From: Antedon mediterranea
Taxonomy: Eukaryota > Animalia > Echinodermata
Direction of reading: 5' to 3'
NCBI RefSeq assembly: GCF_964355755.1
Contig: NC_092677.1
Location: forward strand, 25,097,175-25,161,174
Length of the DNA stretch: 64,000 nt
Part shown: positions 37,301 through 50,423 of the stretch, in pieces
Layout: the number at the start of each line of letters is the position of its first letter
How positions within the stretch are numbered: the stretch's first letter is position 1
Notes under the pieces: generated by a model
Database searches by the model: none
Told to the model about the DNA's origin: nothing
The model's input: the letters and a program-made list of their open reading frames with translations, nothing else
Made by a program: the position numbers and the translations under genes

Positions 37301-38276
37301 CTGAAAAACATAATCAACGAAACATTAAATATTAATTTGATAATAAGTAATAATACAAAGCAAGCTAACAAAGTAGAAGTGAAGGTCAATGTCGGGGTCA
37401 ATGTAGGGATGTTTCTAAGGTGCGATGAAAATTAAAGACGTGCCAATCGAGTTTGAATTGACCCGTTCGCGTTCGGTTTACATCAGCTGGACAAAGGCGT
37501 TAAAGACAGATCATCTCTGCTGGAAATGAATGCGTTAATGTTTTTAAATTACGTCTCGCTATCAGGTTCAGAAAACACCGTTGCATATTCATTCTTTTTG
37601 CATTTCTCGTGAGGTTCAAGTTAGGGCATTGAATTCCCACCTCTACAAGCGGTCAATACCACAGAGCCGTTGCAGTAATTAACTTCATTTTAAGCCAAAG
37701 CTAGGCTGGTCGACACATGATCCGATTGATTAGAGAACATGATGTCAGCCCGCAGAGAAGCTAACTGTTGCACCCTGACGCGATGTTTGACTACGATGAT
37801 GGGAGGCAATTTGCACCCTGTGTTCGAAGCGGTATTCGTTTCCTTCTGTCAAACACACCTGACCTTTCGACCAAAGATTACACAACTTATGTTTGCAGTT
37901 TTCAACTGTTAATATCTAAGTTATATTTGGTAGCACAGAAGGTAACGCATTATTAAAAACACCGCTAAGTCGAATACACAGCTGAAATTAATGTTCGTGT
38001 GTTTAACGACTAATTGCTCTTTCCGGTATATACGTCAAAGAGTCGTGGCATTCTGATCGTATCCGAGCAGGCGTCATGATGAGTCGTGTTCCTATCATAG
38101 TACCTTTCAATCCTAATCAAAGGTTTCGCAAAGAAACTTCATTTAATTTAATACGCAAGTATACCGCATTCTTTATGTTGTACTGTAGTTCAATCATAAT
38201 GTGTCGATATCCTTGATTAAAATCGTTATCGTACCCAAAAAAGGTGATATAAAATATCGATTAACAGTACTACTTT

Positions 38277-38306
38277 CAGGGAGGTATAAAAATAAGTACC
38301 TCCCTG
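38277..38306. mobile_element. 30-bp inverted-repeat remnant related to 26083
   Basis: CAGGGAGGTA-10 nt-TACCTCCCTG; TSD only partly matching. Confidence 0.35.
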
Positions 38307-40396
38307 ATACTACTATACGTGTTCGTCTTATTTCCGTTATATTTCTGTAGGCCTACCTCTCTATACAAATGTTTGAGTTTAGTTTTTACAGAATCACGCC
38401 AACTATATTTTATCTGCTAATTCCTGTGTACAATATAAGATGTGGTCAACCATACATCGCCAAAAACAGCCAATCAAAGATACTAAAATGTCTGTATGAT
38501 GTCTTGTTGAACATAATTGGTGGTTTTAAATTTTCAAAACGTTTTAAAAATCTTGAGTCGTCACTAATGCCCCTAAACGCTGATGAATGTTATAGCTAAA
38601 ACTTTTCTTTTGCTAATGGTGTTAACCACTGGCGGCGTAAAACCGATAGTTGTTGCACCAGATGCGTACCATACTTGATATTAGAATAGAATAGTAAATA
38701 ATATTAAATTGTTTATCAGATAGTTTCAAACAACTTTTGAGCTGAGTTCACAGAGATTGAAAACTGCAGGAAAGGTCGCTGCTGTTTCCGTTTGCAGTGT
38801 ATGAAACTTCTTTTCACACGGGCTAACTATGACAGCTACACAACGTGTTCACACAGATAACTTAGCTTTACGTCAGTGTCAGGCAAAACACAAAACATTA
38901 CCGAAAGTACTGATCTAGTCAATCGGCTTTACCCATTAATGATAACGACATATAGTCATCATCAAAATACGTATGTTTGCAAAATGATTATCAGCCAATT
39001 TGTTTCGATATTTAATCAAATTTCAAAGCTTGATTCATGATTGAAACCAGTAAGCCTTTCGGTTAGTGACTTAATGTTTTTTTTTCGTAATTTATACAAT
39101 GTTTTGACTTGTACAATTCAGTTTGCTACCGGTTACTAGGCTCAGGGAAGATTTCACTCTTCCCTGCTAGGGCCTCCCTACCTAGGCCTACATTTACCGG
39201 TTTGGTTCGGGCTCAGTATAAAACCTTCGAAATAAGGTCAATGTGATATATTAATAATCTAGTTTAGACACTCTCATTTAATTAGTAGAATTTAAACAAT
39301 GTTTAGCACACCTTGTATTCATAAAGAATGTGGTTTTTCTATGAAAACAGAAGCCAAAGGTAGGGCTATACTGATTGACGCTCGCATGACCACGGGGACC
39401 GCGTGTGGTTGATGGTGGAGTTCGAACTTCACGCTGTCCACTTGTAATTATCAAGTGTCGTTTGCGTTAACCTGTCAAGTTTCGCGTTTGGAACGCAAGA
39501 CGTGTCATGCAGCAATATGATAGTTTTTGCGTTTTAGGTCGTACTAATTTACTAAAGGTATATGACGGTTACAGTAGGTAAGCAAGGCAAATAGGCTAAC
39601 AAGTAGTTTAAAAACATTTTTTTAAATTATGCTATATTCATTGTGCATGTTATATTTGCAATTCCAATACAGTATTTAAACTATTTACATAGGATGAGTC
39701 TATTTGTTGACATCAATCTTAAGTGTCGGAAAAGATTAAAGATCATTGGCCTAACCGATGTTCTCGAGCGGAAATATACAATAGTCCCAAAGGACGTTGT
39801 ATGACTCGTCCATGATGGATAATTATGATTCAAATCTTCAACAAGTATTTTAGCCCTCATGAGAGAACTAGGAGTAAACATTGCAAGGCGTTCGAGTGTG
39901 CGCGTCTTTAAAAATAGGCTTAAACTGTTGCGTCCTCTAGAGACTCACAACGGCAAACAAAACATCCCCGTGTATATTGTGTTCTCGCTTATTGATGACT
40001 CGCGCTTCGTGTTGCTCTCTCGAAGGGGTGCTGGAAGGCGGTGTCGAGGCCAATGGGCCGCGATCCCAGGGCGTTCCAGTTCAATGTTTTAGGCCGGTTT
40101 TAGTATATATAGCCTCTGACCCACTTCTGGCGGCAACTCTTTGATGTTAAGGGATAAACAGGTGAGACATTCCGTTGCCATTTCCTAGATTGTCAAGGTG
40201 TTGTGCTCTAAGGTGGTTTTAGACATCAGAAACACAACACATTCATTAAAAGTTTCCGTGTATATACGCTGGTTCTTGACCGAAATTCGTAGTGGGAATC
40301 AACCCTAACGTTCACTCGGGTTAAGTTTGAAATCGTGGGTGGGGCCGTGGGCCTAAAAATTGTAAAATAAATTGTTAAACGTAACTGAATTGCATT

Positions 40397-40651
40397 TTGA
40401 TTGATTGAAATATATATTTATACTGGGTAACCTCTTCAGTCAATGACTGGTCTCCCAGAGGGCCCAGTTGGTGATCAGTGGCTGTGATGTACTAATACAC
40501 CGGGGTAACCCCCTACTCGTCTCGAAAGATGTACTAGGTTCTTTAAAGTGCACACGAGCTAGATGTGTACACTGGACCTACGGTTTATAGGCCTTATCCG
40601 AGAAGACTCGTTCTACCACCAGAACCATGGAGTGAGTGAGCCTCGAACCCC
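40397..40651 (-). mobile_element. tRNA/Deu-Nin SINE, 5'-truncated copy with intact tail
   Basis: Reverse complement of 14183..14380 plus a 3' part ending in (TCAA)n. Confidence 0.75.
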
Positions 40652-41109
40652 TGTTTTTAAATCGTTTTAGGCCTAAATAATTAAAGACTATGACATTATT
40701 TTTCTCATTAATGATACCGGAGTATTAATAAACCCCATTCATGCAATATTAATATGATATAATAATCCACATCAGCGCATGCGCTGTTCCGTTATCTCGG
40801 TCACAGCCAAGTTGCAATTAATAATTCACAGTGTGATGTGATACGCGCAAAAACTGAATTATGATTGATGTTTAATAAATGGGTTATGACAGTTGACGAG
40901 TCTTTTACAGATTAAGAAGGCAAGGTTAGATGATAAGGGAGATAGAGTGTGACAACGTGATGGCCTTCATGCTAATTAAAATATTATAGATAAAATTAGA
41001 TTTGCGTAGAATGAAGTGTAATTACAAAGCATATAGATTCACCATGTATATTCTTTGTAGAGTACGGTATAGAACACCAATTTGGGACACCCTTAGGGCC
41101 ACTTTTTAT

Positions 41110-41570
41110 TAAAAGGGATATATTTGTTTAACACCATGGACATTTCATTTTAAACGAATGAGGGATATATTTGTTTAACACCACGGTCAGCCCCCTCTAA
41201 ATGGGTAACTTATGAAACGAATGAGGGATATATTTGTTTAACACCATGGTCAACCCCTATAAAGGGGACGCTTTCTTATGAAACGAATGAGGGATATATT
41301 TGTTTAACACCATGGTCAATCCCTATAAAGGGGACGCTTTCTTATGAAACGAATGAGGGATATATTTGTTTAACACCATGGTCAACCCCTATATATAAAG
41401 GGGACACTTTCTTATGAAACGAATGAGGGATATATTTGTTTAACACCACGGTCAACCCCTATACAGGGGAAACTTATTAAATGAATGAATGATAAACGTG
41501 TTTAACACCACGGTCAACCTTATACAGGGAACACTTATAAAACGAATGAGGGATACATTTGTTTAACACC
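41110..41570. repeat. ~66-bp minisatellite, about 7 copies
   Basis: 'gaatgagggatatatttgtttaacacca' at 41156, 41219, 41285, 41351, 41421. Confidence 0.88.
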
Positions 41571-41809
41571 AAATTGTGAATGACATTCTTTTGACCAAAA
41601 ACAGAACTCTGATAGGCCTATGTGTTGCTTAATTTAGTAAGATACACATGTTTCAGTTCTGTAAGTTTGAAAAGTGGGAAAAAACCCCGCTAAAAATTCC
41701 TTTACATTAGTTATTTTGTTATGGTATGTCAGGGCGATGTACTTTATTTCAATTCAACTATTAAAATAATAAACCGCTGAGAAATGTTGCGGTTTTTTTT
41801 AGATTGCTG

Positions 41810-42228
41810 AGAATTCCCTCTCAAGTGTCGTAACATGGACACTACTAATTTAATTCATCAACCTCTGATCTCAGACACCACTCTTGTTTTTCTTACAATT
41901 ATTACAAAACAACGTACTGTGTTACGTAAACCACACAATGTTACATTATGCTAATTATAGATGATATTGACGTCATAGTAATTTTGCTGTGACGTCATGT
42001 CTAGATTTTTTTTCTAAAAGAGAGAATTCCCTCTCAAGTGTCGTAATATGGACACTACTAATTAATTCAACAACTTCTGATCTCAGAAACCACTCTTTGT
42101 TTTTCTTACAATATTACACAGCAACGTACTGTGTTACGTAAACCACACAATGTTACATTATGCTAATTATAGATGATATTGACGTCATAGTAATTTTGCT
42201 CTGACGTCATGTCTAGATTTTTTTCTAA
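41810..42228. repeat. ~213-bp tandem duplication carrying paired TGACGTCA sites
   Basis: 'gagaattccctctcaagtgtcgtaa' at ~41809 and ~42022. Confidence 0.88.
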
Positions 42229-43018
42229 ATGCTCTTATTGTTTGAACAGTGAAAACAAGACTACTATAACAAGTTAAGAGATTAATCTTTGTTGTTATAA
42301 ACCATATATCGTCCATTTTCTAATTTTAAATTTGTTTTAAAATTGAAAGCATGATTCATACCATTCCTATGACATTTTCCTTAAGTGAAAATAATGTTTA
42401 AAACCCATACACTTTTAATTTTCTTTCGTCGACTCTTTTCGTTTCCCATTTATTTTTCCAATTCAGGTATAATAATAATACTTATATCCAGACACGTTTT
42501 AAACCTGAAACAAACTACAAGGCATGTATAATTACAAAGACGCCTTCTTTTGAAAGATAAATTCTCTTTTAGCTTTATCTGTACAAGTTCAGCTTAGAAC
42601 ATTGTCATCATTCCATATAAGATATCAATACGTAAGCTATTTAAACACGATAAATTAACCTAATATGTAAATTTATTGAAAAGACGTAAATCACTAAATA
42701 GGCTATTTTATCAGTGCATAGCCATACGCCTCAATTAGCACAGGCCATGCAGCCTATCCAATTATGAGGCGTGGATGGAGAGCATGTGGATAACGATAGG
42801 TATTTAGCTCAAGAGATATCATCCAGGGTAATGAAAATTATAAAACACAACTGTATTCACGTGATCAAACGTCAATACACTTGCGTAAGCAGATGTAGTT
42901 GTTCGCCAAGAACGTACACACATTTTTCGTGTTGTTTTAAACTTTACCTGATCCTCTCTTTGTTTAAATGCAATGCGTTGAACGCTTATAATGCTTGGTT
43001 CCCAGAGACGCAAAGTAA

Positions 43019-43661
43019 AGCTTGGTTCCCACTAGCGACGCGACGCAACGCAACGCCATAGACGCAACGCAACGCAAGGACGTAGATGCAACGCAACGCA
43101 AGGACGTAGATGCAACGCAAGCGAGTTGACCAATGATAATGTCACTATAATGCATTATTAATGAGAATCAGTATTTATGCTTGATTCGAAAAAGCGTGTT
43201 TGCGTCGAGGGTAGCCGCGTGGTACAACCGATTGATTGTTTATTGCATTTTTTCTACATAGATATATCCTAATTGAATGTTGATATTTACTTAATTCGTG
43301 TAAGGGTCTCAGAAAGAAATAATTTGGTGTAAACACGACCGTGTATCGAGTAATGAAGCGAAGAAATAATTGCTCCAAAAATAAACTTCATCAAAATAAA
43401 TGTCTAATTTTAAACCATGTATAAATAGACCTGTGATTGTAATTATGGATCGCTGGATATTAGTTACCCGTATGTTTCTGACATTTAAGCTGTGGTTTCC
43501 ATTTGAACGCAACGCAATGACGTAAAAGCACCGCAAGTAAAATGTTACGGTACCAATCAACACACGACGCGATGGCTCATCCGAATTTTCGCTTGTGATT
43601 TGTGCTTGTCAACTCACTTGCGTTGCGCCTCCGTCGTTGTTTCCAAATTCGAACCAAGCTT
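43019..43661. mobile_element. MITE family B, long (~640 bp) variant
   Basis: agcttggttcccactag ... gaaccaagct with GACGCAACGCA subterminal repeats. Confidence 0.65.
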
Positions 43662-43998
43662 TGAAAATGGTAGCATCAACTTTGTGCGCAGATCAGTTAT
43701 CCTTATTCACACGTCACCCGTGCTGTGATTTATATTGATTTTAACACCTTAATATCACTGTTAATTTGATAGCATTCGTTTGTTAGTTTTTGAACTTTGC
43801 CGCCATGTAAAGCGTACAGGAATATAAAAATAAAATTAAAATTAACGCGTTAATATTTAACGTACCTGGAGTAAAACTACACATAATGTGAACCCTGGAT
43901 TAATTATTGAACGCTGGATTACTTTAGCGTGTGTACACACGCGGCATGTGCTTAAGTACGGTAATATACATTTACACCTCACGCTATTCACTATATAA

Positions 43999-44192
43999 AG
44001 GCCAATTTACACAGACGAGCGGGAACGTTAAGCATAAAACAAAAATATAAAATTTATGTTATTCCTCATAACCATCTACACAAAACGCGGAGCGAACGGA
44101 TGGTATCCGCTCAGAATAGATTCAGATTCTACGTGGGACAAGCTACGCGGTTTCCCGCTTTACCGTTTGCGCTCGTCTGTGTAAATTGACCT
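43999..44192. mobile_element. MITE family C (Harbinger-like, TIR AGGCCAATTTACACAGACGAGC)
   Basis: 22-bp TIR with TAA/TTA flanks; related copy at ~48295..48500. Confidence 0.72.
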
Positions 44193-44812
44193 TTACTATA
44201 CGGACGAGACTAACATTGAAATAAGGGCAGATTTAGAGGCCTCGTTCAATAGTGTGAATTACCTTTAACAGTAATTAACAACGATAGCAACGAATCAGTG
44301 TAAAAATAATTGTTGTATTGGAACCCCACGACGATCAACACAATCGTCGTAATATTGATACAATTTGAGTGGAATGTTCTTACGACTGTTGCATTCAAGA
44401 AGCTAGGCCCACAACAAGACCAACCCAGGTGATCCGCTAGTGTAGTAATTCAGCTTGCCATAACACACCTGTTATTGATCCCATTCATAGTGTATATTTT
44501 GTCTTTCACTTCACCCCCAAGTGTGACCTAATGCCCGCCCCACGCAATATCGAATCAGGTGTCATCTGAATCCCCTTAAGCCGTTCCACTTCTGACCTCC
44601 GCTAGATGACTGTCCTGGTTTAATAGACGACCTACCGGTTGAATTCTGTCCGCCGAATCCAAACCCTCGGGATGTATGCGAAATAATAAGTGACCCCATA
44701 GCAATTTTGCAAATTACACAAAAACCAAACGAGGAAGACAAGCTTTTTGTGGATAAAAAAAATCTTTTGCTGCTTCGTTGAAAAAGGTTGGAATAGAAAC
44801 AACTTCGCATAT

Positions 44813-45135
44813 CCGTCATCAGAATAAAATAAACCCGGTCATCAGAATAAAAAAAACGGTCATCAGAATAAACAAAACTGGTCATCAGGATGAAAACCCG
44901 GTCATTAGAATAAAAAAACCGGTTATCAGAATAAAATAAACCCGGTCATCAAAGTATTTTTTAAAACGGTCTTCAGAATAAACAAAACTGGTCATCAGGA
45001 TAAAAAAAAACGGTCATTAGAATAAAAAACCGGTTATCAGAATAAAAAACCGTCATAAGAATAATCGAAAACCGTCATCAGATTAATAAAAAAATCGGTC
45101 ATCAGAATTAAAAAAAGGTCATCAGAATAAAAAAA
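44813..45135. repeat. ~21-23-bp minisatellite (CCGGTCATCAGAATAAAA) between imperfect inverted flanks
   Basis: About 14 units; flanks at 44783..44806 and 45145..45170 are imperfectly inverted. Confidence 0.85.
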
Positions 45136-47676
45136 CTTCCATATCGAAGTAAGTTGGTTATTGCAACTTTCATACTAAACATCAATGTCTGACAACGCGT
45201 AGATGCCCTTATGACGTCAGATAACGGGTGGGTGTTCTGTTAAGATTATTTGTGTTTGTCGTCAGGTTAAATTGATATTGTCGCAAAACTTGAATGAATA
45301 TTTTACCCATTGGCACTTTAACCGTCGGTTTGTAAGTAAACCAATAGTAATTAACGGCGTTTGTTTTTACTTGTTTGGAGGTAGCCACGACAATTTGTTG
45401 AAGGTATTCATTTTATTTGCGATTTTTAATTTGAATTTTTAAAATAATAAACACTGTCTCGTCTGTGCCAATGATAGCAAGCGAGAATGTTCAAGGGTTG
45501 TTGTCAACCTGTTGCCAGATTCGCGTATATTATAGATTTAATGAATAGGCAAACTGCCTTAAAATGTGACATGTTTCAAGAAACTATTCTCATCATCAGA
45601 ACAAAAAACAACGCCTAGAGTACTTATATACCAATAGGACAGGTTGTTCAAAAGTTCGGTGGAATCATTAGTGTATTTATTATAGAAATGCATGTGATGC
45701 ATAAGAACCACGGCCCCTGCAAGGATCTGGTTTTAGGCAACCATCCTATTTTAAGTTCAGATATATGACAGTCAGGCGAAATCACGATATATCAATCGGA
45801 CCATTTCCGTAAATTCTATCCAGTATTATTTACACCTGGTTAATTTGAGTTTAATAATTTGAACTAATATTGTATCAAAGTTGACTGATCGAGCTGATAC
45901 GAGTACAGCCGTAGGCGCTATATCGGTAACCAGATCTCGTTCCAACCACCATAGATGACGCCAGAAATAGAAGCTATTTTCGACAGCTTTAAATAAATTA
46001 CGCGTACAATGGTGTATAAGTTGGCCCAGGAGATTGAAGCTTCATCGTAAAAAATCTTCTAATGTTCAGTAGAGCAATTTTGTATCAATTTAAACGTTCT
46101 AATAATAGTATTTACAATTACAGAAACGGTTCAGTACGTTTATAACTAATTTTACGGATTTGTGAATATATGCACCTGTAATGCAGGTTAAGGTATGGTA
46201 AGCTTAGGTATGGCACGCTTAGTTGTGGCGCGCGACATCGTATTACTTTGAGTGTACGTATGGTGCAGTACACGCTTAGGTTATAACTACTTGCACCAAT
46301 TCTTGTACGGTACAATTAACAATCAGTGCAACGTACTAGACGTTGTGCTACATTTAATGCGGGGAAAGGTATGGCACGCTTAGGTATGGCGTGCGTCATC
46401 GTATTGCTTTGATTGTACGTATGGTGCAGTACACGCTATGACGACTCGCACCAATTCTTGTACGGCACGATCAATCAGTGCAACGTAGACAATGTGCTAC
46501 AGTTGATGCACCAGACACTAGAGTTGATCTTTGAAATATGGAACGCGACATGAGCACTCCTGACCCAAGTACTAATCGAATCCCACGGATAATTAGTCGT
46601 ATGTTTCCACAAAATTACCCCCAAACAGAGCAAACATATGCCTTAGTTTACACTGGCGTCGGGTGCCATATGGGCCTCGTTTGCTCCACAACACATTTTT
46701 GTACCGGATATTGCTTGACACTATATACTGAAATATGGTATTTATAATCCATGATTTAATTTGGAAGTAAAGTGCCGACAAATATCGACATTATTTTATA
46801 GACCATTTAGCACACATTTCGTTTTATCTAATTTTCATTGTTAATTTAACTATATTATGTTTAGTAACATTGACTAGGCCTTACAAATAGATAAGGTCAT
46901 GGGACCTTTTGTCCACGTCACCCCTCACCAACATGGAGCCCCGAATGTGAGGGTGACTTCTGCTAAATAAAATCTAAGCCTAGTATTATGCTTCGTCATT
47001 GTTTTATTGACGGGTGATGATTGAATCTACCAGGCTTGGTGTCTATCATCATTCAGGGCTAGCTTTACTGACACTCTGCTCATCAAACCAATTAATATCG
47101 TTACTGTATAGCATGGCTTTTGCCATTTAACTGCCCAGCAATGACCGACAGTTTGAACTGAACTTGCCCGGATTGAACTTTTACAAGAGAGGTCGCCGCA
47201 AAGATACCCATTACGTTGCACCTTTTTACTTGTTCTCGAGCCCTTAGGCCTACTAAACTATATTTTCCATCAACGCAAGCCAGAGGCTTGGTCAGTTTTG
47301 TGTTGGCGGTAGTTTCTTTAGTATAACCCGGCGTTGATAGGATTATGATTGGCCGAATATTTTGAGTGACGCATTTGTGGGTTCATCAGCCCGATCACTC
47401 TGTCGTAGTTATCTTAATAAGTTCGTGCATTTTTTTTGTAACTTAGGTACTCTAATGTGATGGTTATCTATTACAGCCCGATCACTCTCTCGCAGTTCTC
47501 TTTTAATAAGTTCGTGCATTTTTTTGTAACTTAGGTACTCTAATGTGGTGGTTATGTATTACAGTACAGTTAATAGAACACTTTGAACATTTTATTTTTA
47601 ACTTTCTAACGCCGCCTATTGGTTAGAAGAAGAAGCTGTTACGAGATTTATTATATAGATCAGCAACATAATACAC

Positions 47677-47837
47677 GTAATTGGATGTTTTGCCCTACTC
47701 TGACGTAATTTGTACTTTATACTAAGTACATTTGAGAATACTTGCGAAAACATTCGCAAGTAGTTCTCGGGTGGGACTCGAACCTACGACTTCCAGATCA
47801 CTAGCCTGGCGTGGAGTAGGGCAAAACATCCAATTAC
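47677..47837 (-). mobile_element. Fold-back element containing a tRNA-Thr(AGT)-like 3' half
   Basis: Perfect 24-bp IR GTAATTGGATGTTTTGCCCTACTC; minus strand has CCAGG-CTAGTGA-TCTGG arm and GTAGGTTCGAGTCCCAC T-arm. Confidence 0.55.
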
Positions 47838-48294
47838 TCAACTCCCTGACGCAAAAACTACAATTACAATAATACACGTACATAATAACTTAAATGATAT
47901 TACAAAACGAACAATAAACAATACAATAGTAAAGAATAGGACATTCATCGAAGAATGGGAAAATCAAATACAAAGTGGATTTTTTTTATGTTCGGGATAA
48001 AAGTTGATGCCAAAGGGTTGTTTTTATACAATGGTTGAATTGGTGGTGTTTGTTCGGCTTAACAGGTTTGTTTTTGTACTTCAACAATACTTTCTATTCT
48101 TGTGTACTAAGTGGGTGTCCGGTTACAAGTGTTTTTGATTTTTTACGATAATAACAATTAACCAGGTTTATCAAATCCGGAAAAATCATTTCAAGTGTTG
48201 TATGAGATTTTTGTGGGTACCAGTCTTTTCTTTTTTAAGTTTTCCGAGTGGCCTAGCTTTTGCCCTCTTTACTATACAATGAGGCACCTCTAAA

Positions 48295-48500
48295 TGCCAA
48301 TTTACACAGACGAGTGGTAACGGTAAGCGGAAAACCGCGTAGCTTGACCCACGATGTAGAATCTGTATCTATCCTGAGTGGAAACTGCCCGTCTGCTCCG
48401 CGTAGCGTTGTGCTTAAATGGTCATAAGGAATGACATAGATTCTATAATTTGTATTACCGAGAAAGTTCAAACGGTGCATAAAACTAGACGTGTAGAGCC
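48295..48500. mobile_element. MITE family C copy
   Basis: gccaatttacacagacgag TIR; interior inverted relative to 43999; right end decayed. Confidence 0.55.
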
Positions 48501-49061
48501 ATATCGAAAACCCGCTTGAGAAAGACCTTATTATTTTAACAATAAGCATACCCACCACCAACCTACAACGTTACATGAAAACATGAATCACTTGGCATGG
48601 GAAAGTTATGCCCATAGGCATACGTAAAGGGGTACGCAACCAAAAAGTTTATGACTCATCGTCACTCATGGGAGGGCATGTGTTCACTGACAGGTAAATG
48701 TGTAGTCTGCGCATCCTTTTCCGCGCCAACTATTCACAGAAAAACAGACGATTGTAATTCATATTTTGAAAACTCGTCTGGTAAATGTTAGAGGCTCTGG
48801 GGTTAAATTTGGCATTTGAAATGTACTTCCTTGATTTCTATTATTCGCTGCGGCCTTCTTGTGCATGTCATGGGGGCTTTCTTGGAATAGTAATTTGTAG
48901 ATATAAAGATGTTTTATATCAAAACTGACAAGGGAAGTGTCTTTTTTAGACTGATATGAACCTATGTGACGGGTAACATTAACATCTCAGTTGGTAGTCC
49001 CGTTTTAAAATGATCGTGCACTTAAACAGCAGACAACATAGATCAATTCATCTAGCTCATT

Positions 49062-49270
49062 CATGGTAGTGATATAATATCATCATGTCCATATATGGTC
49101 ACATCACATTTTTTGTCACATAAAGTTTGATAGTGCAGCCAGAGCTTTATACACTTGGTATTGCGTTTATACACTTGGTATTGCGTTTATACACTTGGTA
49201 TTGCGTTTATACACTTGGTATTGCGTTTATACACTTGGTATTGCGTTTATACACTTGGTATTGCGTTTAT
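49062..49270. repeat. Partial family A MITE followed by a 20-bp minisatellite (TTGCGTTTATACACTTGGTA x6)
   Basis: Right TIR at ~49125..49147, then perfect 20-bp units. Confidence 0.85.
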
Positions 49271-49336
49271 CTACATTATTATCGAATGGTAATGTAATCA
49301 TAACATCAGTGTGTCTTTGTATGTCTACAGGATTAA

Positions 49337-49700
49337 AGCTTGGTTCCCACTACGTCCTCGCGTTGCGTCCTAGAGAGAACCAAGCTTAAGCGTGGTTCCC
49401 ACTAGCGACGCAACGCAAGGACGTAACGCAACGCAAGTGAATTGACCAATCACAAGCGATGGCTTATTCGCTTGTGATTGCTAACTGTCTATAACTTCGC
49501 TTGTCATTGGTCAACACGCTTGCGTTGCGTTTACGTCCTTGCGTTACGTTCTAGTGGGAACCAAGCTTTAAGCGTGGTTCCCACTAGATGCGCAACGCAA
49601 TGCAAGGATGTATGTGCAACTAAAGCGAGTTGACTAATTAGAAGCCATTGTTCGAATAATCCATCGCTTGTTATTGGTGAAATTACTTAGTAGTGGAAAT
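49337..49700. mobile_element. Three abutting family B MITEs (49337..49386, 49389..49567, 49571..~49700)
   Basis: TIR-to-TIR junctions separated only by TA or TTA. Confidence 0.75.
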
Positions 49701-49858
49701 TACAACCAAACCAAACTTCACAACGCGGCATGTCGCATGCTCTAACTGGTTTCTGGTTCTGGTATCGTTCAAGGTAAAGACTTTGGGCAAGTATACGTTC
49801 AAGAAATCCCAATCAGCAAATGAAAGAGACAGATATGATAATAGTGATAAATCCTCAC

Positions 49859-50423
49859 CTGATATCGTATAAGAGGCGTTTGGTATGCCTTTGGTTCGTA
49901 GTACATTCTGTCATTCCTGTCAGTTGGAATATCACCAAGGAACAATTCTTGTCGCAGAGTAGTCTCCTTTGTGACGTCATTGTGCACTCTGCGAACCTCT
50001 TGCTTAAGTAACTCCAGTTCATTGACGGAATATCCAAGACCATCATTACATATAATGATAACGTCCTCTTGCGTCCAATCAAACACCACGTATCTCTTAA
50101 ATAACTTCATAGGTTCATTTTCTTTAAAATACCCAGGACAGGTCTCGTGTATGCCCTCCATCAACTGTAAACTTTTCGCAGTGTCATACGCAACTAGAAC
50201 TATTTTTTCTATTTCGTAGTAAGGCCGTGTACCGCCTTGCGGGACAGGTGATGTGATTTCATATTGGTCTTGCGTGTATGATATCTTTCCGCGTACCCTG
50301 AGTGTGTGCGTAGGTTTTGTACAAGAACTGTCTTCGTAGTAAAACTGGTGAAGCATGAAAGAATTGTCCATATGAAACTTGTATCGTCTGATTATAAACT
50401 CTGGTCCTGGCCGAACTTCACAA
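49859..50423 (-). CDS. APCDD1: APCDD1-like internal exon (first APCDD1 domain)
   Basis: ctttacag acceptor (phase 2), CAG|gtgagg donor; CEVRPGPEFIIRRYKF..QFYY....C..PT.TL..RGK; ELFLGDI.T....R..Y.P..YQ.PL. Confidence 0.92.

Noticed and set aside
47760-47815. Intact tRNA-Thr gene
   Set aside because: No D-arm/A-box or acceptor-stem 5' strand
49799-49858. ORF-track C terminus VRIYHYYHICLFHLLIGIS as a real protein end
   Set aside because: Read-through past a strong CAG|gtgagg donor; homology continues in the exon starting at 37300
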